NCBI RefSeq assembly: GCF_006345805.1
Contig: NC_043004.1
Span: 63,798,001 to 63,862,000 of the forward strand
Length of the DNA: 64,000 nt
Reading direction: 5' to 3'
Origin: Octopus sinensis
Lineage: Eukaryota
A model generated the notes under the pieces. It was given only the letters and a program-made list of their open reading frames with translations. It had not been told where the DNA came from and ran no database searches. Position numbers and translations under genes: made by a program. This document shows positions 26,901-39,335 of the stretch, piece by piece. Positions within the stretch are counted from its first letter, which is position 1; the number at the start of each line of letters is the position of its first letter.

Positions 26901-29900
26901 GTGTTTACTCAAAAATAATTCACGTTGATATGGAGGGAAAACAGCAAAATATCACATGTACAAAGTGTGTTTACTCAAAAAAATTCACGTTGATATGGAG
27001 GGAAAACAGCAAAATATCACATGTACAAAGTGTGTTTACTCAAAATAATTCACGGCGATATGGAGGGAAAACAGCAAAATATCACATGTACAAAGAGTGT
27101 TTACTCAAAATAATTCACGGCGATATGGAGGGAAAACAGCAAAATATCACATGTACAAAGTGTGTTTACTCAAAAATAATTCACGTTGATATGGAGGGAA
27201 AACAGCAAAATATCACATGTACAAAGAGTGTTTACTCAAAAATAATTCACGCGATATGGAGGGGGAAAACAGCAAAATATCACATGTACAAAGAGTGTTT
27301 ACTCAAAAATAATTCACGGCGATATGGAGGGAAAACAGCAAAATATCACATGTACAAAGTGTGTTTACTCAAAAATAATTCACGTTGATATGGAGGGAAA
27401 CAGCAAAATATCACATGTACAAAGAGTGTTTACTCAAAATAATTCACGTTGATATGGAGGGAAAACAGCAAAATATCACATGTACAAGTGTGTTTACTCA
27501 AAAATAATTCACGGCGATATGGAGGGAAAACAGCAAAATATCACATGTACAAAGTGTGTTTACTCAAAAATAATTCACGTTGATATGGAGGGAAAACAGC
27601 AAAATATCACATGTACAAAGAGTGTTTACTCAAAAATAATTCACGGCGATATGGAGGGAAAACAGCAAAATATCACATGTACAAAGAGTGTTTACTCAAA
27701 AATAATTCACGGCGATATGGAGGGAAAACAGCAAAATATCACATGTACAAAGTGTGTTTACTCAAAAATAATTCACGTTGATATGGAGGGAAAACAGCAA
27801 AATATCACATGTACAAAGAGTGTTTACTCAAAAATAATTCACGTTGATATGGAGGGAAAACAGCAAAATATCACATGTACAAAGTGTGTTTACTCAAAAA
27901 TAATTCACGGCGATATGGAGGGAAAACAGCAAAATATCACATGTACAAAGTGTGTTTACTCAAAAATAATTCACGTTGATATGGAGGGAAAACAGCAAAA
28001 TATCACATGTACAAAGAGTGTTTACTCAAAAATAATTCACGGCGATATGGAGGGAAAACAGCAAAATATCACATGTACAAAGTGTGTTTACTCAAAAATA
28101 ATTCACGGCGATATGGAGGGAAAACAGCAAAATATCACATGTACAAAGAGTGTTTACTCAAAAATAATTCACGTTGATATGGAGGGAAAACAGCAAAATA
28201 TCACATGTACAAAGTGTGTTTACTCAAAAATAATTCACGTTGATATGGAGGGAAAACAGCAAAATATCACATGTACAAAGTGTGTTTACTCAAAAATAAT
28301 TCACGTTGATATGGAGGGAAAACAGCAAAATATCACATGTACAAAGTGTGTTTACTCAAAAATAATTCACGTTGATATGGAGGGAAAACAGCAAAATATC
28401 ACATGTACAAAGAGTGTTTACTCAAAAATAATTCACGTTGATATGGAGGGAAAACAGCAAAATATCACATGTACAAAGTGTGTTTACTCAAAAATAATTC
28501 ACGTTGATATGGAGGGAAAACAGCAAAATATCACATGTACAAAGTGTGTTTACTCAAAAATAATTCACGTTGATATGGAGGGAAAAACAGCAAAATATCA
28601 CATGTACAAAGAGTGTTTACTCAAAAATAATTCACGTCGATATGGAGGGAAAACAGCAAAATATCACATGTACAAAGGTGTTTACTCAAAAATAATTCAC
28701 GTTGATATGGGGGAAAACAGCAAAATATCACATGTACAAAGTGTGTTTACTCAAAAATAATTCACGTTGATATGGAGGGAAAACAGCAAAATATCACATG
28801 TACAAAGAGGTGTTTACTCAAAAATAATTCACGCGATATGGAGGGAAAACAGCAAAATATCACATGTACAAAGTGTGTTTACTCAAAAATAATTCACGTT
28901 GATATGGAGGGAAAACAGCAAAATATCACATGTACAAAGTGTGTTTACTCAAAAATAATTCACGGCGATATGGAGGGAAAACAGCAAAATATCACATGTA
29001 CAAAGAGTGTTTACTCAAAAATAATTCACGTTGATATGGAGGGAAAACAGCAAAATATCACATGTACAAAGAGTGTTTACTCAAAAATAATTCACGGCGA
29101 TATGGAGGGAAAACAGCAAAATATCACATGTACAAAGTGTGTTTACTCAAAAATAATTCACGTTGATATGGAGGGAAAACAGCAAAATATCACATGTACA
29201 AAGTGTGTTTACTCAAAAATAATTCACGTTGATATGGAGGGAAAACAGCAAAATATCACATGTACAAAGAGTGTTTACTCAAAAATAATTCACGTTGATA
29301 TGGAGGGAAAACAGCAAAATATCACATGTACAAAGTGTGTTTACTCAAAAATAATTCACGGCGATATGGAGGGAAAACAGCAAAATATCACATGTACAAA
29401 GAGTGTTTACTCAAAAATAATTCACGGCGATATGGAGGGAAAACAGCAAAATATCACATGCAACAAAGTGTTTTACTCAAAAATAATTCACGGCGATATG
29501 GAGGGAAAACAGCAAAATATCACATGTACAAAGGTGTTTACTCAAAAATAATTCACGTTGATATGGAGGGAAAACAGCAAAATATCACATGTACAAAGTG
29601 TGTTTACTCAAAAATAATTCACAGCGATATGGAGGGAAAACAGCAAAATATCACATGTACAAAGTGTGTTTACTCAAAAATAATTCACGATTGATATGGA
29701 GGGAAAACAGCAAAATATCACATGTACAAAGTGTGTTTACTCAAAAAATTCACGTTGATATGGAGGGAAAACAGCAAATATCACATGTACAAAGAGTGTT
29801 TACTCAAAATAATTCACGTTGATATGGAGGGAAAACAGCAAAATATCACATGTACAAAGAGTGTTTACTCAAAAATAATTCACGGCGATATGGAGGGAAA

Positions 29901-32239
29901 ACAGCAAAATATCACATGTACAAAGTGTGTTTACTCAAAAATAATTCACGTTGATATGGAGGGAAAACAGCAAAATATCACATGTACAAAGAGTGTTTAC
30001 TCAAAAATAATTCACGGCGATATGGAGGGAAAACAGCAAAATATCACATGTACAAAGAGTGTTTACTCAAAAATAATTCACGGCGATATGGAGTGAAAAC
30101 AGCCAAATATCACATGTACAAAGAGTGTTTACTCAAAAATAATTCACGTTGATATGGAGGGAAAACAGCCAAATATCACAATTACAAAGAGTGTTTACTC
30201 AAAAATAATTCACGTTGATATGGAGGGAAAACAGCAAAATATCACATGTACAAAGTGTGTTTACTCAAAAATAATTCACGGCGATATGGAGGGAAAACAG
30301 CAAAATATCACATGTACAAAGTGTGTTTACTCAAAAATAATTCACGTTGATATGGAGGGAAAACAGCAAAATATCACATGTACAAAGAGTGTTTACTCAA
30401 AAATAATTCACGGCGATATGGAGGGAAAACAGCAAAATATCACATGTACAAAGTGTGTTTACTCAAAAATAATTCAGGGCGATATGGAGTGAAAACAGCC
30501 AAATATCACATGTACAAAGAGTGTTTACTCAAAAATAATTCACGTTGATATGGAGGGAAAACAGCCAAATATCACAAGTACAAAGAGTGTTTACTCAAAA
30601 ATAATTCACGTTGATATGGAGGGAAAACAGCAAAATATCACATGTACAAAGTGTGTTTACTCAAAAATTATTCACGTTGATATGGAGGGAAAACAGCAAA
30701 ATATCACATGTACAAAGAGTGTTTACTCAAAAATAATTCACGTTGATATGGAGGGAAAACAGCAAAATATCACATGTACAAAGAGTGTTTACTCAAAAAT
30801 AATTCACGTTGATATGGAGGGAAAACAGCAAAATATCACATGTACAAAGAGTGTTTACTCAAAAATAATTCACGTTGATATGGAGGGAAAACAGCAAAAT
30901 ATCACATGTACAAAGAGTGTTTACTCAAAAATAATTCACGTTGATATGGAGGGAAAACAGCAAAATATCACATGTACAAAGAGTGTTTACTCAAAAATAA
31001 TTCACGTAGATATGGAGGGAAAACAGCAAAATATCACATGTACAAAGAGTGTTATTCTCAAAAATAATTCACGTAGATATGGTGGGAAAAACAGCAAAAT
31101 ATCACATGTACAAAGAGTGTTTACTCAAAAATAATTCACATAGATATGGAGGGAAAACAGCAAAATATCACATGTACAAAGAGTGTTTACTCAAAAATAA
31201 TTCACGGCGATATGGAGGGAAAACAGCAAAATATCACATGTACAAAGTGTGTTTACTCAGACATAATTCACGTTGATATGGAGGGAAAACAGCAAAATAT
31301 CACATGTACAAAGTGTGTTTACTGAAAAATAATTCACTGCGATATGGAGGGAAAACAGCAAAATATCACATGTACAAAGTGTGTTTACTCCAAAATAATT
31401 CACGTTGATATGGAGGGAAAACAGCAAAATATCACATGTACAAAGAGTGTTTTACTCAAAAATAATTCACGGCGATATGGAGGGAAAACAGCAAAATATC
31501 ACATGTACAAAGTGTGTTTACTCAAAAATAATTCACGGCGATATGAGTGGAAAACAGCAAAAATACATGTACAAAGTGTGTTTACTCAAAAATAATTCAC
31601 GTTGATATGGAGGGAAAACAGCAAAATATCACATGTACAAAGTGTGTTTACTCAAAAATAATTCACGTTGATATGGAGGGAAAACAGCAAAATATCACAT
31701 GTACAAAGTGTGTTTACTCAAAAATAATTCACGTTGATATGGAGGGAAAACAGCAAAATATCACATGTACAAAGAGTGTTTACTCAAAAATAATTCACGT
31801 TGATATGGAGGGAAAACAGCAAAATATCACATGTACAAAGTGTGTTTACTCAAAAATAATTCACGTTGATATGGAGGGAAAACAGCAAAATATCACATGT
31901 ACAAAGAGTGTTTACTCAAAAATATTCACGTTGATATGGAGGGAAAACAGCCAAATATCACATGTACAAAGAGTGTTTACTCAAAAATAATTCACGTTGA
32001 TATGGAGGGAAAACAGCCAAATATCACATGTACAAAGAGTGTTTACTCAAAAATAATTCACATAGATATGGAGGGAACAACAGCAAAATATCACATGTAC
32101 AAAGAGTGTTTACTCAAAAATAATTCACGTAGATATGGAGGGAAAACAGCAAAATATCACATGTACAAAGAGTGTTATTCTCAAAAATAATTCATGAAGA
32201 TATGGAGGGAAAAACAGCAAAATATCACATGCACAAAGA
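8984..32239 (+). repeat. Tandem satellite, 66-bp monomer, about 350 copies
   Basis: Consensus GGAGGGAAAACAGCAAAATATCACATGTACAAAG(T/A)GTGTTTACTCAAAAATAATTCACG(TT/GC)GATAT; 22-codon periodicity in the ORF track; copy number is span divided by 66. Confidence 0.98.
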
Positions 32240-32240
32240 T

Positions 32241-32332
32241 TCTTTGTACATGTGATATTTTGCTGTTTTCTCTCTATATCTACGTGAATTATTTTTGATT
32301 AAACACTATCTGGGAGACTTTTCTTAAAGTAG
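32241..32332 (-). repeat. Right terminal inverted arm: 20-bp cap plus one inverted satellite monomer
   Basis: Its reverse complement aligns to 8961-9053 with about 9 differences. Confidence 0.92.
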
Positions 32333-32857
32333 TAGAAATGGCTAAAAATACATTTTGGCTGCTATTTCTAAAAAATTCAGTATGTGGCAAAGTAAGTTAT
32401 TTTACTGAGCCCTAATTATATAACGTAATATATATATATATATATATATATATACAGGGTGACCATGAAGTCACGCACTATCCTGCAGTAGATGAAATTA
32501 CTAACAATCTCTCTTTTCACAACTACCGCTATTACTCACAAACTAGTCCTCATTCGATGGATGCAGATAATCAACAAGACGTGGGTAAGGTAATGGTGGG
32601 GTGTAGGAATTGGCACAATCATGTAACTGAATACCTTTAAAACTGTGAGCTAGTATCTTTCAGTAGGTTTCTTACTCTTGAGTAATCAATCGATGGATGT
32701 TTCTCTGAAAATGATATCTGATGTTAGGGTGTGCAGCAAGATCAACCTTCCTTACGTTGGAGAATATATTCCAATGTGGGTTTCAAACGAGATTTAAAGT
32801 TTGCCAGCTATTTAGGGAGACTGATGTATGTACATATGTATGTACATATACATACAT

Positions 32858-32963
<106 letters not shown>

Positions 32964-32996
32964 GGATGGAGGGATGGAGGGATGGATGGATGAAAT

Positions 32997-33110
32997 CGCA
33001 TGACCCAGTGGTTAGGGTATTGCACGTACGACCGCGAGATCGTAGTTTCAATTCCTGATCCAGGTAGAGCGTGGTGTCCTTTAGCAAAGCAGTTCATTTC
33101 ATATTGCTGT
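32997..33110 (+). mobile_element. Degenerate tRNA-derived SINE head (second family)
   Basis: A-box-like TGACCCAGTGGTTAGG and B-box-like GTTTCAATTCC. A related inverted copy lies at ~49510-49760. Confidence 0.55.
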
Positions 33111-33458
33111 GACAACACTTTGGTATAAATGGCTGAAAATATGTATTCGGTGAAAAGTAAAATGACATATTAGTAATTGTGAAAAGGAAGAGAAAAGAAG
33201 ATGAAGAGAGAAAAATAGAGAAGGTGTGAAATTTTATAGGAAACATTGCATTGCAGTGGCACCCATCAATTCATTTGACTGTCTACATATTAACGGCTGT
33301 CTTCGAAATCACATATTGATTCACAGTATAAAACTTACAGCACATTTATTTTACTAACTAAAAGTTAATCATAAATACACAATCTCCTTCACGTATGCAA
33401 TATTCATGTACAAGTGTTTCATTACAATGATTATAAATATTAATCTTTTGACTTTCAG

Positions 33459-33558
33459 TGTCCAAGTGCCATTGCGGAACTATGACGAATTTGCAGAGTC
33501 TTTTGACTGCTCTAAAGGTACCTATATGAATCCGGGACATAAAATCAAAATATGGTAA
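33459..33558 (+). CDS. M13 peptidase terminal exon: (R)VQVPLRNYDEFAESFDCSKGTYMNPGHKIKIW*
   Basis: ttttgactttcAG acceptor. The first base completes the split Arg codon of the previous exon. Matches the M13 C-terminus RV...L.N..EF...F.C..G..MNP..K..W and ends in TAA at 33556-33558. Confidence 0.92.
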
Positions 33559-33607
33559 ATTTTATGGCCGCAGTCAAATGAGTGAAACAAATGAAAAGAG
33601 ACGAATT

Positions 33608-33613
33608 AATAAA
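33608..33613 (+). promoter_or_regulatory. Candidate polyadenylation signal AATAAA of the M13 gene
   Basis: First AATAAA about 50 nt after the stop codon. Other AATAAA hexamers occur further downstream in AT-rich DNA. Confidence 0.35.
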
Positions 33614-34562
33614 CAACGTTCCAAAGTTGTATTTTCCCATATAGCTACATTTCACTCTTAATACTAAATTTAAATATTTCTTATTTTAGAACTTACATCT
33701 TGGTTGCCTCCCTTCCATTAAACTTTAAAGATTTTGGTATGTGCGTCAATTTATACCTTATTTACTAGGAATATCCCCATGAAAGTTATTCTAAATACCC
33801 TTAATTAACATTCAAAACCTGATAAAGTATAGATAATAGTATCTAAGTTACATAGTTTCCATTTCTCTAAAACAACCCTACCCTCATGATCTTTGTATGT
33901 ATTCTAATACATACAAATACAAGCTTTATACTAATACATACTAATACAAGCTTTATAAATGGATTATAAATAAAGAAGAGAATAAAATTTTATAAGTACC
34001 AATTAATAAATATAAATTATCATATAAGGAATAATAATAACTTATAACACACCACTATATATGGTGTTTATTCAGAAGGAAAAGTTGAAGAAAAAATGTA
34101 CCAATATAGTGTAAGGTATAGTAATGTAAAGTTGGTGTGATGGATAGTAAAATATAGTTATATATTTTTTAATATCAAACTAAGTAAAAGGTGAGTGAAC
34201 AGTTATTTTAGATTGATGAATAGGAATTTGGTCATGTGCTTACATGAGAAAAACTTTCTCATCCGTAGTATTAACCTAATTTCCATTCCTTCGCATTATG
34301 TTATAGCTTCCTTCTAAACATAACCTACAAATGTTATTATTACTTATATAAGAGGGATAAGAAGATAGGATTATCCAAGAGATGGAGAAATTAGTATCGT
34401 TTCTTTTGAGGCGCCAAATATTTTAGATAGACTTGTACTATTCTCTTTTCGATGGACCCTGTCCATTATATAACGTATGCTTTCAAATTCTCTTCACACT
34501 CTCTTCAACGATGAAATTGCTAACTACTGACGTCCTATGATGCAGATATTTCTTAATTCTTC

Positions 34563-34644
34563 TTGTATGTATTTATGTGCGTATGTATGTATGTATTATG
34601 TATGTATGTATGCATGTATGTATGTATGTATGTATGTAAGTGTG

Positions 34645-34675
<31 letters not shown>

Positions 34676-34760
34676 GTGTGTATGTATGTATGTACGTATG
34701 TACGTATGTATGTATGTATGTATGTATGTATGTATGTACGTATGTATGTATGTATGTATC
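34563..34760. repeat. (TATG)n microsatellite
   Basis: Directly visible. Confidence 0.95.
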
Positions 34761-34968
34761 TGTCTGTTGTCTGATCAGTCTTTGTACCTGCCTGTCTGCT
34801 TGTGTGTCTGTCCGTTTGTCTCACAGTCTGTGTTCCTATCTGTCTCATTGTCTGTGAGTCAGAGCTTGTGTGTGCTCGCGCGTGAGAATGTGCACGCCAC
34901 TGCGTGTATTTGTGAGTGTGTATACAGATATACTCAGGAGCCCCTCGCACACACACACGCGCGCGCAA

Positions 34969-35190
34969 ACATAGAGGCTCTTGCTTGGGAAACAGGTAAC
35001 AGACTTGACAAGATCTAGTGCTCAAGCCTTCCACCCATGTTCAAAGTAAAAAGATATTTTGAACACTTTATGGATGAGAGACCTGGACGTTTTCGGCTGT
35101 CTGAGAAAATCCACTAGATGGAACACATACAAACCTGCTCAGAAAGATACAGAACAATCAGTTGGAGATCACACCCAACACTTAGATTTG
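34969..35190 (+). mobile_element. RTE-clade LINE 3' fragment, copy 1
   Basis: IEALAWETGNRLDKI...YG.ETW-like remnant; homologous to 37136-37655. Confidence 0.65.
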
Positions 35191-35479
35191 TGTGTGTGTG
35201 TGTGTGTGAGTGTAAAAGGTGGACGATTAGATGAAAAGAATGACGAGTTATGTTGATTCTCTTTTCTATCTTGTTTAACATGGGGATAACTAGATTCATT
35301 TCAAGGGAAATAACTCTACATTCCTTCGTTCGGTTTTTGCATAATTGTTCATTTGCACTAAGATTTCATATTTCGTCACCACAAACTGAATCCAGAATGT
35401 ACGTATCTCTCTTGCAGAAGATACTCTGCGGTTCGGGGGATGATGCCCGAAGCGATGCCAACATTTTCGCGCGCATGTG

Positions 35480-35480
35480 T

Positions 35481-35538
<58 letters not shown>

Positions 35539-35619
35539 TTGTGTCTGTGTCTGTGTTTGTGTATGTGTCTCTGTGTGTTTGTATCTGAGTGTGTGTTTGT
35601 GTGTGTGTGGGGGGGGGGG

Positions 35620-35665
<46 letters not shown>

Positions 35666-35690
35666 TGTGTGTGTGTGTATGCGTGTGTGA
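35480..35690. repeat. (GT)n microsatellite with a G-run
   Basis: Directly visible. Confidence 0.95.
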
Positions 35691-35719
35691 GTGTAAATGG
35701 GTGGATGATTAGATGAAGA

Positions 35720-35950
35720 GACCTGGATCTTATCTGCTGTCTAAGAAAAACAACTTGATGGAACATATACCAATCTGCTCAGAAAAATACAGATCAGTTG
35801 GAGATAACACCCAACACTTAGTAACACCTGTGGAAATCTGATACCAATGTCCGCCAATCTAAAACAGAAACGGCTGCAATTTGCTGGCCAATGCCACCGA
35901 GCAGAGAAAGAGTTTCTTTCATCCCTGCACGTATGCTATCCATCTGGAAG
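35720..35950 (+). mobile_element. RTE-clade LINE 3' fragment, copy 2
   Basis: Encodes KQKRLQFAGQCHRAEKE (RLxFAGHCxR motif); homologous to 37260-37500. Confidence 0.7.
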
Positions 35951-36832
35951 TGTTTTCTCTGAACACAGCAATGCAGGATCCTGTAGTATTTATCTATGTC
36001 TGTCTGTCTGTCTGTCTATCTGTCTGCCTGAATCTGTGCAGAAAACGTGCTGCAGCCGGTTTAAGTTTATAAAGAGTCAGAATATCGTTGTCTGTCTCGG
36101 GTAGCATACTGACACGCGAAAATATTGCCATCGCTTCAGGCATCAACACTGCAATCGCAGAGTGTCTTCGGCACGAGAGGTACTTACATTCTGGGTTCAG
36201 TTGGTGGTGACGAAATATGAAATGATATTTTATAGCAAAAACTTTAATGGCGAACGAGAAGTTATGCAAAAATCGAATGAAGAAATATAGAGTTACTTCC
36301 CTTGAAGCGAATCGAATGATTCTTTGTTAAATACGATACAAAGGAGAATCAACATATCTCGCCATTCTCTTCATCTAATCATCCACCCATTTACACTTAC
36401 ACACGGACACACACATACACACACACAAATACACACACACACACACATCTATGACGCAAACATATACACTCTAAATGAGAATGTCTAATTGATGCATTTT
36501 GCCTCTCACGATAGCTGTGTGTGTCTTGTTTACTATTTCCCTATCGAGATATATTGTTTTTTCTCTGTTTCATCCTATCAATACAATAAGTTCAAAGACA
36601 CTCAATTATACACAACTATTATGTATGTATGTATGTATGTATGTATGTATGTATGTATGTATGTATGTATGTATGTACGTATGTGTGTATGTATGTATAT
36701 GTGCATGTATGCATGTATGTATGTGTGTATATGTATGTAAGCATGTATATATGTACGTATCTATCTATCTGTCTATCTATCTGTCTACCAATCTATCTAT
36801 ATTTTTATCTGTCTGTCTATCTCTCTGTTCAT

Positions 36833-37069
36833 CAGTGAGTGTTTATTGAGCGAAAACACCTAAAAGCTCCACGAGGCTCCGGCAGGGAGTGGTGATCCTG
36901 CTGTACTCTTTCACCACTCTTTCTCCCACTCTTTCTTTTGTTGGCCTGCTCGCTTAGCCAGCGGGGTGGCGTCATTCGAAGGCTAAAACAATGCGAAGGC
37001 TAAAACAATGCGAACGCATTGTGACCAGCGATGTGTAACAACATCTGATGGTCTGGTCGGTCACGTGAT

Positions 37070-37076
<7 letters not shown>
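36833..37076. mobile_element. Unclassified short interspersed repeat inserted next to (TA)n
   Basis: GC-richer block interrupting the duplicated module, absent from the inverted copy at 38700-39100. Internal 17-bp duplication gaaggctaaaacaatgc; ends CACGTGATCACGTGA. Confidence 0.45.
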
Positions 37077-37109
<33 letters not shown>

Positions 37110-37135
37110 TAGCCCACGCACACACACAAACGCAC

Positions 37136-37655
37136 ACATAGAGGCGCTTGTTTGGGAAGCATGTAATAGACTGGATAAGATTTGGCACTCAAAACTTCCA
37201 CCCATCTTAAAAGTAAAAAGATATTTAGAACACTGATTGAGCCGGTCCATCTTTATGGATCAGAGACCTGGACGTTATCGACTGTCTAAGAAAATCCACT
37301 AGATGGAACACATACCAACCTGCTCAGAAAGATACAGAACATCAGTCGGGCATCACACTCAACACTTAGTAACACCTATGGAAAGCTGATACCAATATCT
37401 CTCAAGCTAAAACAGAAACGGCTATAATTTGCTAGCCAATGTCATCGAGCAGAGAAAGATGTTACCTCTCCCTGCTCATATGGTATCCCTCTGGAAGTTT
37501 TTCCTCCAGTATATTGAAGTTTCGAGATGCTATATCTCGGGACTTAAGGCTGGATATTAGAGATCTAAACACAGTAATGAAGGACAGTGTAATGTGGGAG
37601 AGGGTTATCAATGAAGTTTCGACTAACCATAGGATGGTCGAAGGATGATGATGTA
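37136..37655 (+). mobile_element. RTE-clade LINE 3' end with (GAT)n tail, copy 3 (most complete)
   Basis: ALVWEACNRLDKIW...KIFRTLIEPVHLYGSETW...KQKRL*FASQCHRAEK...LLIWYP...RDLRLD...MKD..MW; ends ggatgatgatg. Confidence 0.8.
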
Positions 37656-37727
37656 TCTGCGCATCGCAATGAGTACGCGCGTCTTTTACCCTATCGCTAC
37701 AAGTTTTCAGAGACCAAAATCACACCG

Positions 37728-38120
<393 letters not shown>

Positions 38121-38489
38121 CTGTTTGTTTGTCTATCTGTCTGTGTATCTCTTCGTCTGAATGTGTGCAAAAAAGTGCTGCAGCCGATGAAAATGTATAA
38201 AGTGTCGGAATATTGTTGTCAGTCTCTGGTAATATACTGACACATGAAAACATTGGCATCACTTCCGGCATCATCACCTGAACCGCAGAATACCTTCATC
38301 ACGAGAGCTACGTACATTCTGGTATAAGTTGGTGGCGACGAAATATGAAATTTTAGTGCAAAAACTTTAATGGCGAATAAATATTATGCAAAACCCGAAC
38401 GAAGAAATATAGAATTACTTCTCTGCTCGATGGCATTAGCCAGCAGATTGTAGCTGTTTCTGATTTAGATTGAGCGATACTGGTATCAA

Positions 38490-38696
38490 ATTTTCATTTT
38501 TCTGGGCAGGTTTGTATATGTTCCATCTAATTGTTTTTCTTAGACAGCCAATAAAGTACAGGTCTCTGATCCATAAAGAAGGACCTGCTCAATCAGTGTT
38601 CAAAATATTTTTTTTTTAATTTTAACGTGGGTGGATGGTTTGAGTGCCAAATCTTATCAAGTCTATTACATGCTTCCCAAGCAAGAGACTCTATGT
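38490..38696 (-). mobile_element. RTE-clade LINE fragment, inverted copy 4
   Basis: Minus ORF 38593-38796 contains HIESLAWEACNRLDKIWHS; same 5' junction as copies 1 and 3. Confidence 0.7.
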
Positions 38697-38982
38697 GTGC
38701 GGGGGGGCTGGGTAGCTTCTGTGTATATATGTATGCACTCACAAATACACACAGTGGCGTGCACATTCGCACGCGGGCGCTCACGCAAGCATACACACAC
38801 GCTCTAACTCACAGACAATGAGGGACAGACAGACAGACTGACAGACAAACGGACAGACACACAAACAAACAGGCAGACAGATACAACATACATATATACA
38901 TACATACATATATACATACATATATACATACATATATACATACATACATACATACATACACACACACATACATACACACACA

Positions 38983-39016
<34 letters not shown>

Positions 39017-39335
39017 CATACATACATACATAATACATACATACATACATACATACATACATACACACATACATACATAGACACAATAGTTCGGCATAAT
39101 TCTGTCCCTTAAAACTTATTGTATCGACAGGATGAAATAGAGAAAAAACAATGTGTCTCGATAGGGAAATACTAAAAGAGAACCCGCAGCCATCGTGTGA
39201 AAGCAAGATGCATCAATCAGACGTTCTTATTTAGATGGAGTGTATATATTTACGTCATTAAAACCATAGATGTTTATGTGTGTGGATGTGTGTGTGTGTG
39301 TGTGTCTGTGTGTCTGTGTGTCTGTGTGTGTGTGT

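Larger units (their letters stand above)
8961..32332. mobile_element. 23.4-kb non-autonomous TIR DNA transposon (foldback/MITE-like) filled with a 66-bp satellite; TA target-site duplication
   Basis: Begins CTACTTTAAGAAAAGTCTCC (8961-8980) and ends GGAGACTTTTCTTAAAGTAG (32313-32332), a perfect 20-bp inverted match. TA flanks both ends (8959-8960, 32333-32334). The inverted match extends to ~92 bp into a satellite monomer. No transposase is encoded. Confidence 0.85.

Noticed and set aside
9209-32190. Dozens of ORFs with repeated MEGKQQNITCTKC.. or YGGKTAKYHMYK.. peptides as protein-coding genes
   Set aside because: They are translations of a 66-bp satellite inside an intron, with frequent frameshifts and no unique coding flanks.
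8984-32239. CRISPR-like array
   Set aside because: There are no unique spacers, the monomers are contiguous, and the context is eukaryotic.
8958-32335. Alternative reading of the element ends as CTACTAC with no TSD, or a 3-bp TSD
   Set aside because: The 3-bp flanks (CTA vs TAG) are not direct repeats; a palindromic TA duplication explains the extra inverted match more simply.
32455-32490. TACAGGGTGACCAT.. Tc1-like TIR start after (TA)n
   Set aside because: No matching second end or transposase was found.
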